A DNA stretch of 63,896 bases, filler included, from Chrysochromulina tobinii (Eukaryota): the NCBI GenBank assembly GCA_001275005.1. It is 9 parts of 9 records of this genome, joined end to end, with 100 filler letters (N's around TTAATTAATTAA, not from the genome) between each part and the next. Parts side by side here need not be neighbours in the genome. Positions count along the whole stretch, not along the records: positions 47,771 to 57,770 come from JWZX01001230.1; positions 57,871 to 61,054 come from JWZX01001231.1; positions 61,155 to 63,896 come from JWZX01001248.1; 6 more parts are not named here. One strand, given 5' to 3'. Shown in pieces: positions 54,431-63,896 of this stretch. Under the pieces are notes generated by a model. That model ran no database searches. It was given only the letters and a program-made list of their open reading frames with translations, and was not told where the DNA came from. The stretch's first letter is position 1. Every line of letters begins with the position of its first letter. The position numbers were made by a program, and so were the translations under genes.

Positions 54431-55698
54431 ATGCGTCGCTCCTCCCTCCTCGTAGCGCTGCTGCCACTGGCGGCGGACGCCTTCCTCGCGACCGCGCCGC
54501 TCAGGCGATCGCTCACGGTTCAGCACAAAGTCGGCACTCCGCCGGTCGTGTCGCTGAGCTCTCCTCGCACCACGACTTTGACTATGGGCGTTGCTCAGTT
54601 TGTCGCGGCGCCACTCGCATTAGCCAATCGCGGCATGCTCGGTATGCGCGCGTCACTATCTGCCCAGATAGCTGCATGTGTCGGAGCTGCGGCTATCGTC
54701 GGCATCTCACTCATTCGACTCGCGCTGCCTCCACTGCTCGTTGCGCAGGAGCCGTCTGCGCCGTGGTTGCCCTGGCCTTTGCGTGGCTCGCGCGCGTGCT
54801 CAACACGCCCTCACGCGTGTACGACAAGGAGGCGAACTCGGTCGGCCGAGAGTACGACGCTTGGACCTCCGAGGGCATCCTCGAGTATTATTGGGGCGAG
54901 CACATTCACCTGGGCTACTACGGCGAGAAGGAGCGCAAGGGTCCGTTTTACGGCGGCAAGGACTTTATCGAGGCCAAGTACGACTTCATCGACAAGATGC
55001 TCGAGTTCTCGCAGGCGCAGGCGCCCCTGAAGGTGCTCGACGTGGGCTGCGGAATCGGCGGCACCAGCCGGTACATTGCCAAAAAGTTTCCGAAGGCGAC
55101 GGTCACCGGCATCACCATCTCGCCTGAGCAGCAACGGCGCGCGACGGCGCTGGCCGCAGAGCGGGGCGTGAGCAACGCGAAGTTCGAGGTGTGCGACGCG
55201 CTGGACATGACGTACGAGGACAACACCTTCGACCTCGTCTGGGCGTGTGAGTCCGGCGAGCACATGCCCGATAAGGTCAAGTACGTAGAGGAGATGGCCC
55301 GCGTGCTCAAGCCTGGCGGTCGAATCGTCATCGCCACGTGGTGCCAGCGCGAGGAGGGCGATAAGCCGTTCACGCCCAAGGAGCGCGATACGCTCGACTA
55401 CCTGTACGGCGAGTGGACACATCCGTACTTCATCTCGATCGAGGAGTACGGGCGCATCATGCAACGCACCGGCAAGCTGCAGAAGATCGTGACGGCCGAC
55501 TGGGCCACTGAGACGATCCCGGCATGGCGTCACTCGGTCTGGGTCGGGGTGTGGGACCCGTGGCCGGTCATTCGTCGGCCGAAGCTGTGGTGGAAGGTCA
55601 TCCGCGACGCGTGGTGCCTCGAGATCATGCACCGCGCCTTCACCAACGGCCTGATGCAGTACGGCATGATGACTGCCACCAAGCCGGCCACCAATTGA
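54431..55698 (+). CDS. Plastid-targeted SAM methyltransferase of the gamma-tocopherol / cyanobacterial-type MPBQ-MSBQ methyltransferase family, join(54431..54641,54749..55698)
   Basis: ILEYYWGEHIHLGYY, VLDVGCGIGG, WACESGEHMPDK, ATWCQR. Signal peptide ends ADA-FL (ASAF-like). A GT-AG intron restores the frame. Confidence 0.9.
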
Positions 55699-56242
55699 GG
55701 CGCCGCGCATCGGCCGGGCGAGCTCTCGGTGATCCTACGGTGATCCCAGTTGCGCGAAGTGTTGCCGGAGTGCGCACAGCGAAGCGGACGCGTGTGCGAC
55801 GCGCAGCGTGTCGAGACGCCGCCATCCGCCATGGCGCCGCGGTCCGCGGACCGGATTCAAGACCTGACGGGTCACGCCGCGAGGCGCGACGGTGCCGGCC
55901 GCCGCGGCCCGTGCCCCGCGGCCGCGTCGGGGGGACCTCCGGATCGAGGGAACCACGCGCCGTAATGTACGTTGTTTCTCCACCCGGGTTGTTAATCACT
56001 TGTTCTCCGCCACGTGCCATGTGAGATGTGTGCCGCAACACCGGGCTCGAGCATGCGGGCTTTTTTAATGATTCCTAATTCACACGTACGTAAGGGGACG
56101 CTCCGAGTGTGTAGGCATCCCATAGTTATCATATGAACGACAGTTCACACATGCGCTCGCAGACGAAGGGGTGACCCCGCCGGCACGCACGGATACCAAG
56201 CTAGATCTGGTACTGTGCTTGCAGGCAGGCCGCCAGGTAATT

Positions 56243-56839
56243 TTAGATCTTGGAGCCGGCGTCATCGTAGCACTTCGTCCACAAGCGGTCCAAGGCGCCG
56301 TCCGCCTCGCCCATGGAGCGGATGAAGCCGCACAGCGCCATCGTGGTGAACTCACCGGTGTACACGCCATCAGCGTTGACGTGGCCAATGTTGATCTGAA
56401 TGCTGGCCTTGTCCTTGGCCTCGATCAGGCGGTTGGTCGCAGAGCTGCGAGCACGAGGGGCAAGCACGCAGGCGATTAGGCAAAGGGCTGCCATGGCGGG
56501 CGACGCATTGCAGCGCGGCCTGCCGATGGCTGCTCCCGTGCGCGCGGGGGACGGGTCAGATCCCGTCCAGTGAGCTCTCACGCCTGGATCGAGGGAGACC
56601 GCTCAGGCATCCCGTGACTGATCCATCTCGCTCCTCAGTTAGTGCGCAGAGAGGCAGCCTCTCAGGCAAGGTCTCTGCCGAGTGCCGCTCACAGCCCGCA
56701 GACCACAGCCGGCCGCCCCAGTCGTGCGCCAGAGGCTGGCTGCTCACCACTTGCGCGGGATGTACAAATCGATGTTGACACCCTCCGAGTTGTGCGTGCC
56801 CGCAGGCATGTTAGGGTTGACGGCACCGTGGTTGGGCAT
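56243..56839 (-). CDS. RPS21: 40S ribosomal protein S21 (eS21), join(56748..56839,56243..56444)
   Basis: Spliced product [30 protein letters not shown]...[19 protein letters not shown] intron 56445..56747. Start at 56839 or 56809. Confidence 0.95.
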
Positions 56840-57070
56840 GGCTCCGAGCGGCGGCGACGTGTGGTTCTTGCTTTCACAGCGAAAGGTCAACTTCCTGACC
56901 CTTGAACCACCTATGAAAACATTCACTTCGTCCTCCATTCTAACAGTTTTCAGTTGTACCGCTCAACGACAAGGTGCTCGCATTTTTCAACATGGATTCG
57001 CTTCGCGCGAGCGGGGTAGTCAAGCGCCCCGGCTTCGCCACTTCATGAAGCAGAGAGCGAGATCGAATTC

Positions 57071-57770
57071 ATGAAGGAGAGAGCGAGAGCGAATCCTACG
57101 CTGGGCGCGGCGCTCAATCTAGCCAGTGCCTTCCTCTTCTCTATAGCCAGCCTCTTCGCCAAGGAGGTAATGATGGTGGGCATCACCGAGGGCACGCTCA
57201 TCTTTGCAAGAGGCATTCTTACGTGGACACTAAACGGGCTCATTGCAAAGGCGCAGGGCGACCAATTCGTGCCAGTCATGTTCTTCCGGACCAGCAGCAG
57301 GCTGCGCTTGATTTTGGTTGCAAATGGCACCCTCAATTTTGTGTGTCTTCTCTCGTTTATGGTTGCAATGAATAGCTACGTGGACTTTGCAGACACATTT
57401 GGCATCCTCACCGGCGTCTACGCACTTTCGACGATGGCGTTCTCGAGGATGCTGGACAAATCTGAGCACGTTTCACTCGCCGAGCTCGTCGGCGCAGCCA
57501 TCACCGTCGGTGGCGTCATCATCATTTCACAGCCTTCATGGCTCTTTGCCGCACGCAAGGGTGCCAGGCCTATCCACCCATTCGGCGTGTTCCTATGCGT
57601 GCTAGGCGGCGTCTTTGTCGGAGCCTATACTGTTGTGTGCCGCTACCTCGCCATGAACAACGTGTCGGGCGCGATGGTCAACTCGGCGGCCATGTGGGTC
57701 CTTTCTGTCCTCTCCCCCCTCACGCTCGCTGTGTGTGCCGTCTGCCTCGAGCAGACTCCGCACTGGGCGC
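57071..57770 (+). CDS. EamA/DMT (SLC35G-like) transporter, 3'-partial
   Basis: Multiple TM helices; EHVSLAELVGAAITVGGVIIISQPSWLF resembles the SLC35G/EamA pattern. Confidence 0.7.
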
Positions 57771-57870
57771 NNNNNNNNNNNNNNNNNNNNNNNNNNNNNN
57801 NNNNNNNNNNNNNNTTAATTAATTAANNNNNNNNNNNNNNNNNNNNNNNNNNNNNNNNNNNNNNNNNNNN
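57771..57870. other. Artificial contig linker
   Basis: 44 N + TTAATTAATTAA + 44 N. Confidence 0.99.
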
Positions 57871-57871
57871 A

Positions 57872-58895
57872 ATGCCATCGAAGCCGGCGAACCGCCAGCC
57901 TTTGTTGCACTTATCAACGCAGGCAATGAGGCCTTTGAGCGCGGCGCGCACTCCGACGAGCGCCATACTGCCCCGACTCGCAGTGCCGCTACGAGATGCG
58001 CGCAGGGAAGGAGCGGCGTGTGTTGGGCCTGGCGCCGCGTTACACGGAGGCGGCCGGCTGCAGGAAGCGAAGCACGTGCTGATGGCGGGCGCCAAGCTCA
58101 ATCCGAGCAGCCCGGGCATGCTGTCCAGCCTGGCGACGGTCCGCAGCGATCTCGGCGAGTGGAAGGGCGCTGCGGGCACGTGGCGGCGCGCGCTCGCCCT
58201 CACACCGTCCGACGCCGGCCGTTACTCTTCGGCAGCCGCATCGCTGCAGCGTGGCACGCGGCCGGCGGACGTGATCCCGTTCCTGCGCAGCGCGTCCGCG
58301 CTCGACCCCACCAACTGGCAGCGGCACTATGCGCTTGCGCACGCGTGCCTCGAAATGGCGTTCCTGACCGGCGCCACAGTGGGCGCTAGCGCCGCCGCTC
58401 CCTCGACGCAGCTACCCTCGACGCCGCTCCCAATGCCGTGGACGCGCTATGAAGGGCGCGGGCTGGTTGGCGATGAGCCGCCGCCATTGGACAGCGCGGC
58501 GCTGGCGCGAGCGCAGTCGACGGCGACAGAAGGCGGCGGCGCAGTCGACGGAAGGCAAGTCGCTCAGCGTCGCTCTCATCACGGGCGGTGGCACAGGGAT
58601 AGGGCGCGCCGTCGCGCTCAGGCTCGCGGCGGGAGGCTGGCAACGTGAGGCGGGCGCGCAGGTGGCGATCGTGCTGACGGGCCGTCGTGCCAAAGTGCTC
58701 GAGGAGACGGCGCAAGAGATCCGCAAGGCACACGGCGAGGGCGTGCATGTACTCGTGCATGCGGCCTACCTGACGCTCGCCGCCGATGTGAAAGGCCTCT
58801 TCAACGCCGTCGCCTCCAACTTCGGTCGTCTCGATCTCCTCTTCAACAACTTGGGCGCCAATGTGCCGCCGTCGACGTTCGACAAGATGGACTTC
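57872..58895 (+). pseudogene. TPR-repeat fragment followed, out of frame, by a truncated short-chain dehydrogenase (SDR) N-terminus
   Basis: TPR helices (LGEWKGAAGTWRRALALTP). From ~58554, ALITGGGTGIGRAVALRLA...FGRLDLLFNN.G. No YxxxK catalytic motif found downstream. Confidence 0.6.
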
Positions 58896-59196
58896 GTCCT
58901 CTCTACAATGCCCCTTTCTCCCGTTGAGCTGAGGATTGTAAAGGAGAGGCTCGACCCCCAGCCCCACAAAGTGCGGTCATGTCAAATAACAATGACATCG
59001 TGGATGCGTGTCTGTACATGTAAAATGGAGGCTTGGTTTCATGCGCCGAATGCATGCAGGAAAACTTTGCTACCCAAATCTGGAATTCATATGAATGAGG
59101 CGGCGGACCGCTGCAGGGCGAAAGTCCAAAGAACAAAATCGCGCCATACCCCGCGCCGCACGAGCCAAGCCGAGCGCGGAGAGCAGATACATAGTC

Positions 59197-61054
59197 ATGG
59201 AGTTTGCAAGCCGCATGGATGGTCGAATCGTCCCGGGCCGGGCCTTGAGGAGCAGCACTAGACAAGCCGATCAACACCGTGCCATTAAGGCCAGGCCACG
59301 CGCCAACGAAGTATTGCCTGGTGCCGCGGGCTCACCAGCAGGTAACCCGAGTCAATGCACCGGCCCAATCTCCGCCCTGCGCACCACGCGCATCACGACC
59401 CGTCTCCTAGTTGCGCAAGCACCAGCCGGCCCCATCAACCCCGGAGTCTCGGACACGGTCGATGCTCTGGGCACGGATGCCAACATGCAGATCGACATTG
59501 AACAGGTGCTCAAGACGGTACGCGCCCGCCTCAAGGTCATGATGCAGATGCGCATCATCAAGTGCAAGGAGCCCAAGCGGTGCCCCGAGGACTTTGGCAA
59601 GCCGCTGGACGAGCGCATCCGCGGCATGTCGATACCCGAGCTCTCTGATCTGTGCGACAGCGGTTCGGTGTTTGACCAGGAGTGGTGCAAGGCAGCAGCA
59701 CTCGGCATCTCGCGGCACAAGATGCTGGTGGAGTCGGCGCAGGTGGGGCTGCCTGCCCAACTCGCGCTCTCCGCCCTGCGCGCCGCACCAATTCTCACGC
59801 CCGTCCTTCCGCTCCGCGTGCGCAGCGCTTCCTCGACGCGCTCCCGCGTCCCCAAGCCGAGCCCGAGCCCTACGACGTGGAGGAGGTGCTCAACATGTGG
59901 CGGTGCGTGCGCGAGGACGAGGTTATGCTCGAGCACACGGAGGAGCTGCCCGAGATGGGCGGACAGCTGGATGCTCTCGAGATGCTCGAGATGCCCACGC
60001 CCGCGCCCGCGCCGCCACTCTCGCCCATGGAGCTCGTCGCGCACCTGACGACCCGGGACCTGGCCACGGGCCGCGCCGACGGTGGCTCGAACGAGGGCTC
60101 GCCCGGCTTGGACGCGACGCCTTCCATGCTCACGAGCTCGCCCGCCCTCGCGCATGGGCTCATGTACTCCCTGGGCGACTTCCTCAAGACCTTGCCGTCA
60201 TCGCTCGGCTCAGCCACGCTCGTCTATGCGTGCCTCCTGCCACCCGATGTAGAGGCGGGCGCGGGCTCGGTGGTGCTCGAGGAAGAAGAAGCGCCCGAGA
60301 GGGTGGCGTGGACTGAGGCGCAGATGGGCAAGCACCGCGCGCACTGTGTTGGCCTCCCGCTCGTCTCAGTGCAGCTCCCTGCTGCCATGCCGGCCGAGAG
60401 CGTCAGGAAGAACGACGCCCAGGTCGACACGCCCGCGACGGCGCTCCAGGTGACTGATCGCGTCTGATTTCGCGTCTCCACCTGGATGGACATGGAGGAG
60501 AACTGATGACCCTGTGGCTGCCGTCTTCGCAGCCACACATTCCGTGGAATGCGCCTGATAAGAAACCCCCTCTGATGGCCGCCCTGATGACCACCGATGG
60601 CGCCTGATGACGTGTGATTGCACCCGTGGTCAACGGATTGATGTTTGCCGCTGATGACATCTGTGATCTGATGAGTGCGTATGACGCCCCTAATTTGGGC
60701 TGATGACGAACTGATGACACCCTCCCTAATGACAGCCTCCCCTAATGACTTATTGACACCTCCCTTAACGACCTCCCCTAATGACCTCCCTAATTTGGCA
60801 GGTGAGCCTCGAATGTGAGGCCAAAGTCTCCGAGCTGCACGAGGCCAGAGCCGACCCCAAGGCCGCCCGTAGCCCCGAGCTCTACGATCTCGAGCTATCT
60901 CGCAAGCATGTGCGGGGGATGACCGCTAAAAGCCATGATTGCCTATGATGACCTATGATGGCCCCCGATGGCCTCCGATGGACGCTGACGAGATCGGAGT
61001 GCCTCTGATTGCGCCTACCCATCGCATCGGCTCACTCCCTCTATCTCCACCCCC
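59197..61054 (+). CDS. Hypothetical multi-exon protein (3'-partial)
   Basis: GT-AG introns 59743..59825 and 60450..60801 join ORFs in frame (ESAQ|RFLD; ALQ|VSLE). Another repeat intron begins ~60910. Start uncertain. Confidence 0.55.
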
Positions 61055-61154
61055 NNNNNNNNNNNNNNNNNNNNNNNNNNNNNNNNNNNNNNNNNNNNTT
61101 AATTAATTAANNNNNNNNNNNNNNNNNNNNNNNNNNNNNNNNNNNNNNNNNNNN
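61055..61154. other. Artificial contig linker
   Basis: 44 N + TTAATTAATTAA + 44 N. Confidence 0.99.
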
Positions 61155-62132
61155 TGGGAGGCGTGTGTGCTGCTGCACGCGCAGCTCTTCTGCCGGCGAG
61201 GCTACCCATGCTGCCTCGCCGGCCTCGTCGACATGCTCGCCCTCGACATGCTCGCCCTCGACATGGCGGCTCTCGATGAGGGATTGGGCGCCGTGTTGGG
61301 CGCCGCGGCGGGAGGACCACCCGCCGCCCAACACGGCGCCATCCTCGCCAGCCGACAGGCTCAACTAGCGAGCATCGGCGCCGCCGTGGGCGCCCCGCAC
61401 CTCGCCGCCGCCCTGGCCGCCGTGCTGAACGCGGCGGCCGTGCGCTGGTACTCTGACGAGGCGTTACTTCCATCGCTCCGGCTGGCATCTGTGATGCTTC
61501 AAGTCCATCCGAACGCCCTGTGCTCGAGCGAGCCGGCGTTCACTGCGCTGTGGGATCTCGCCGTCGCCCCCTTTGGCGCCGATCGCTCAGCAGAGCCAGA
61601 GAGCCGCGGTGCGGGCTTGGCACTCCTACGGGCACTGCTGCTGCTCGCCCAAGGAGGCGGCAGCGGCGGCGGAGGCGGCAGCGGCGGCAGCAGCGGCAGC
61701 TCGGTAGTACCGGCACCCGGCGCCACGAGCGCTCACGACGGCGCCACGAGCGCTCACGGGTCAGTGATCGCCTTCGCCGCGCTTCGTCAATTGCTTCGCC
61801 CCCGAGTCCCCTCGCTCGTGCTGGCGATGGCCTCCGCGATCTCGCACGCTGCTCCCACGTCGGAGATCGATCCCGCGGCTAGGCTGCTTCACACTGTGGC
61901 GGCTACCTTCACAGACGAGTGGAGTCACACCATGCCGACCGTTGTGGAGCAGCTGGTGGCCGAGCTCGAGCAACGAGGGCGTCCAGTGCCGGCGCAAGCG
62001 CACAAGCTGCTGCTCCGTGGGGTGCTCAAGCGCCCGCTGTGGGGAAAGGACGTCTTCGTCGCCATGTGGAACGACCTCGCGCAAGTGACTCGAGTCGGTG
62101 TGAGCGCGAGGGCGCTCGAGCGGTACAGCTGA
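61155..62132 (+). CDS. HEAT/ARM-like helical protein C-terminus, possibly importin-13/transportin-3-like (5'-partial)
   Basis: Leu/Ala-rich amphipathic helices and a terminal F...W.DLAQV.R pattern. Family assignment tentative. Confidence 0.5.
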   Translation, partial: WEACVLLHAQLFCRRGYPCCLAGLVDMLALDMLALDMAALDEGLGAVLGAAAGGPPAAQHGAILASRQAQLASIGAAVGAPHLAAALAAVLNAAAVRWYSDEALLPSLRLASVMLQVHPNALCSSEPAFTALWDLAVAPFGADRSAEPESRGAGLALLRALLLLAQGGGSGGGGGSGGSSGSSVVPAPGATSAHDGATSAHGSVIAFAALRQLLRPRVPSLVLAMASAISHAAPTSEIDPAARLLHTVAATFTDEWSHTMPTVVEQLVAELEQRGRPVPAQAHKLLLRGVLKRPLWGKDVFVAMWNDLAQVTRVGVSARALERYS

Positions 62133-62270
62133 GGAGCTTCGCTCGCTGGGATGGTGTGTTACATTGGGTTGGTGTGTGGGACCTTCCTACAGCTGAGGAG
62201 CTTCGCTCGCGCGGTTCAGCTTTAAGGAGCTTCGCTCGCGCGGTTCAGCTGAGAATCGCGCGGTACAGCC
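62125..62270 (+). repeat. Short imperfect repeats CAGCTGAGGAGCTTCGCTCGC at the gene 3' end
   Basis: Copies near 62126, 62190 and 62217, plus a partial copy near 62246. Confidence 0.75.
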
Positions 62271-63042
62271 CCCAGAGTCGAGTAAACTCGATTCCCCTGG
62301 GGGCACGAGACAGGCCGGTCGTGGCTGGGCCGAGCGGAATCCGGCGGCGAGACGCGCAACGGGGCGAGCGAAAGGAGAGGCACGAGATCTGGTCGAGGCA
62401 CAGCCTGCGTCCCACGTGACCGGTCCCTGCGCCATACAGAAACAAGCGTTTTCGATGTTGTTGTGAGATCTTTTGGCATAGAGGCAGAATTCACGCCAAA
62501 GAGTTCACGCCCAAATTGCCAAATAACCGTGTCTTCAAGTTTAAATGTTTCTTTAGAGGATACATTTCACAGCACAAGGCCATGTCGTCAATTTGGGTAA
62601 TTTCTTCAAGAGTTTCAGAGGCAAAACAGCCAGGCTAGCCCACTCCTCCCCGTTTTCCCCACAGGGTTGTCGGCTGGCGCGGCGCAAGAAACCCATTCAC
62701 GATGAGAAAAGAGGGGCGAGGCCAGCTGCAAGGTCCCTTGTGCAATCGAAGGTCCAGAGCAGCAGTCCATCACGTGCGCGCGCTGGGCCTCGAGAGGTAC
62801 GTGACTGTGACCTCATGGCGTGCTCGTGTTAGCGCTGGCCCTCGTCGGGCGTGCGCGCTGGCCCTCGCGGCCAACTCGAGAGCCCGGCCGGTGCCTCGAA
62901 GCGCCCTCGCGGAGCATGTGGCATGCGTCGCACCTTCGGGGCCTCGGGAGCCTGACTTTTTCTCCGATTGCGTGTCAGGGAAACTCGTCGGCCAACTCTC
63001 TCGCGCCGCCACAGCACTCGACGCCACGACCGCGTTGAACAA

Positions 63043-63788
63043 ATGGGTTCCGGCAGCTCCAAAGCCGCGATGGGCAAGGCCGTGTACGAGGCCGCAAGGG
63101 CCGGCAAGGAGGCGGAGCTCACGCGGCTGATCGGCCTTGGAGGGAACGTCAACTGGCGCGATGGGGTGCGCCGCCGCATGTGCCTCGCGTGGGCGCCCGC
63201 GTCCTCGTCGCCTCTGGTGCTTTCGCCGCCGCGCTCGCCCGAGACGGCGCCATCTCCCCAGAGCTCGCTGTGGCGCTGGTTATGCCGCCACCCCGCCGCC
63301 CCGCCGAGCTTGGCACACGCGTCCTCGTCGCATGGCGCGCGCCGCACCCCCGCGTGCTCGCCCACGCTCCTCGCGTGCTCTGGCACACTCGATGACGCCG
63401 CGTGTGCTGCATTTGCCACAGGCCGGACGCACAGCTTTGATAGAGGCCACATGGAAAGGGCACGAAGGGTGCGTCCGCCTCCTCCTCGCGGCCGAGGCCA
63501 TCGAGGTCAACGCCAAGGTAAGCCTCGAGCATGCCCTCCCCCAGCACATGCGATGGGCCCGCTTGCATGTACTCATTCCGTTTTCCCTCCCGTTTGTCTT
63601 TAGAACAACTCCGATACGACAGCATTGCATGAAGCGGCAACCACATACCAAGGCTACCTCGCGATCGCCAAGCGCCTTCTCGACGGGGGCGCCGATGTGA
63701 CGCTTCGAGACTATAAAGGCAGGACGGCCATCGACTTGGCACGGCAGAATGGCAAGAGCGAGGTCGTGGCGCTCCTCAGCGAGCCTCG
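63043..63788 (+). CDS. Ankyrin-repeat protein with N-myristoylation motif, join(63043..63165,63422..63517,63604..63788), probably continues
   Basis: MGSGSS start; GRTALIEA..KGHEGCVRLLL, TTALHEAA, GADVTLRDYKGRTAIDLA; canonical GT-AG introns. Confidence 0.85.
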
Positions 63789-63896
63789 GTACGCCGCGCG
63801 CATGCACGCTGATTGCCCATCGCTGCCGAGCGGATGTGCAGAGGCGCCGTCTTGGGCGCACGCGGACCACGGGTTTTCGGCCGCTCGGCGAACGAA

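Overview
High-GC eukaryotic nuclear DNA, most likely a haptophyte alga (Chrysochromulina-like). This is an inference from TTAGGG telomere repeats, GC-AG introns, an ASAF-like bipartite plastid signal and NLRC3-type EALKVNAV LRRs. The window is not contiguous. It is nine contigs joined by eight artificial 100-nt linkers (44 N + TTAATTAATTAA + 44 N), so no synteny can be claimed across linkers. Recognisable genes: Trk/HKT transporter, F-box protein, TPR+IQ protein, several EF-hand proteins, HET-like/NACHT/LRR protein, chromo/Tudor/Zn-finger chromatin protein, MetRS with an N-terminal pseudo-NDK domain, cytosolic carboxypeptidase, formin, PLGG1/LrgB, tocopherol/plastoquinone-type methyltransferase, RPS21, EamA transporter and an ankyrin protein. 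The most striking signal is a family of about 14 predicted introns in 6 genes on 4 contigs. They are built from ~10-nt tandem units (GCC[T/A]CTGA[T/G]N), always lie in the same orientation relative to the transcript, and are often bracketed by a duplication of adjacent exon sequence that supplies one splice site. This suggests an active repeat-plus-duplication intron-generating process. Other notable items are a telomere-repeat-interspersed element, a PIF1-like helicase region with iterons and a triple hairpin, and a pseudo-OTU+MLLE+LRLRG ORF. All calls were made by eye, without database searches.
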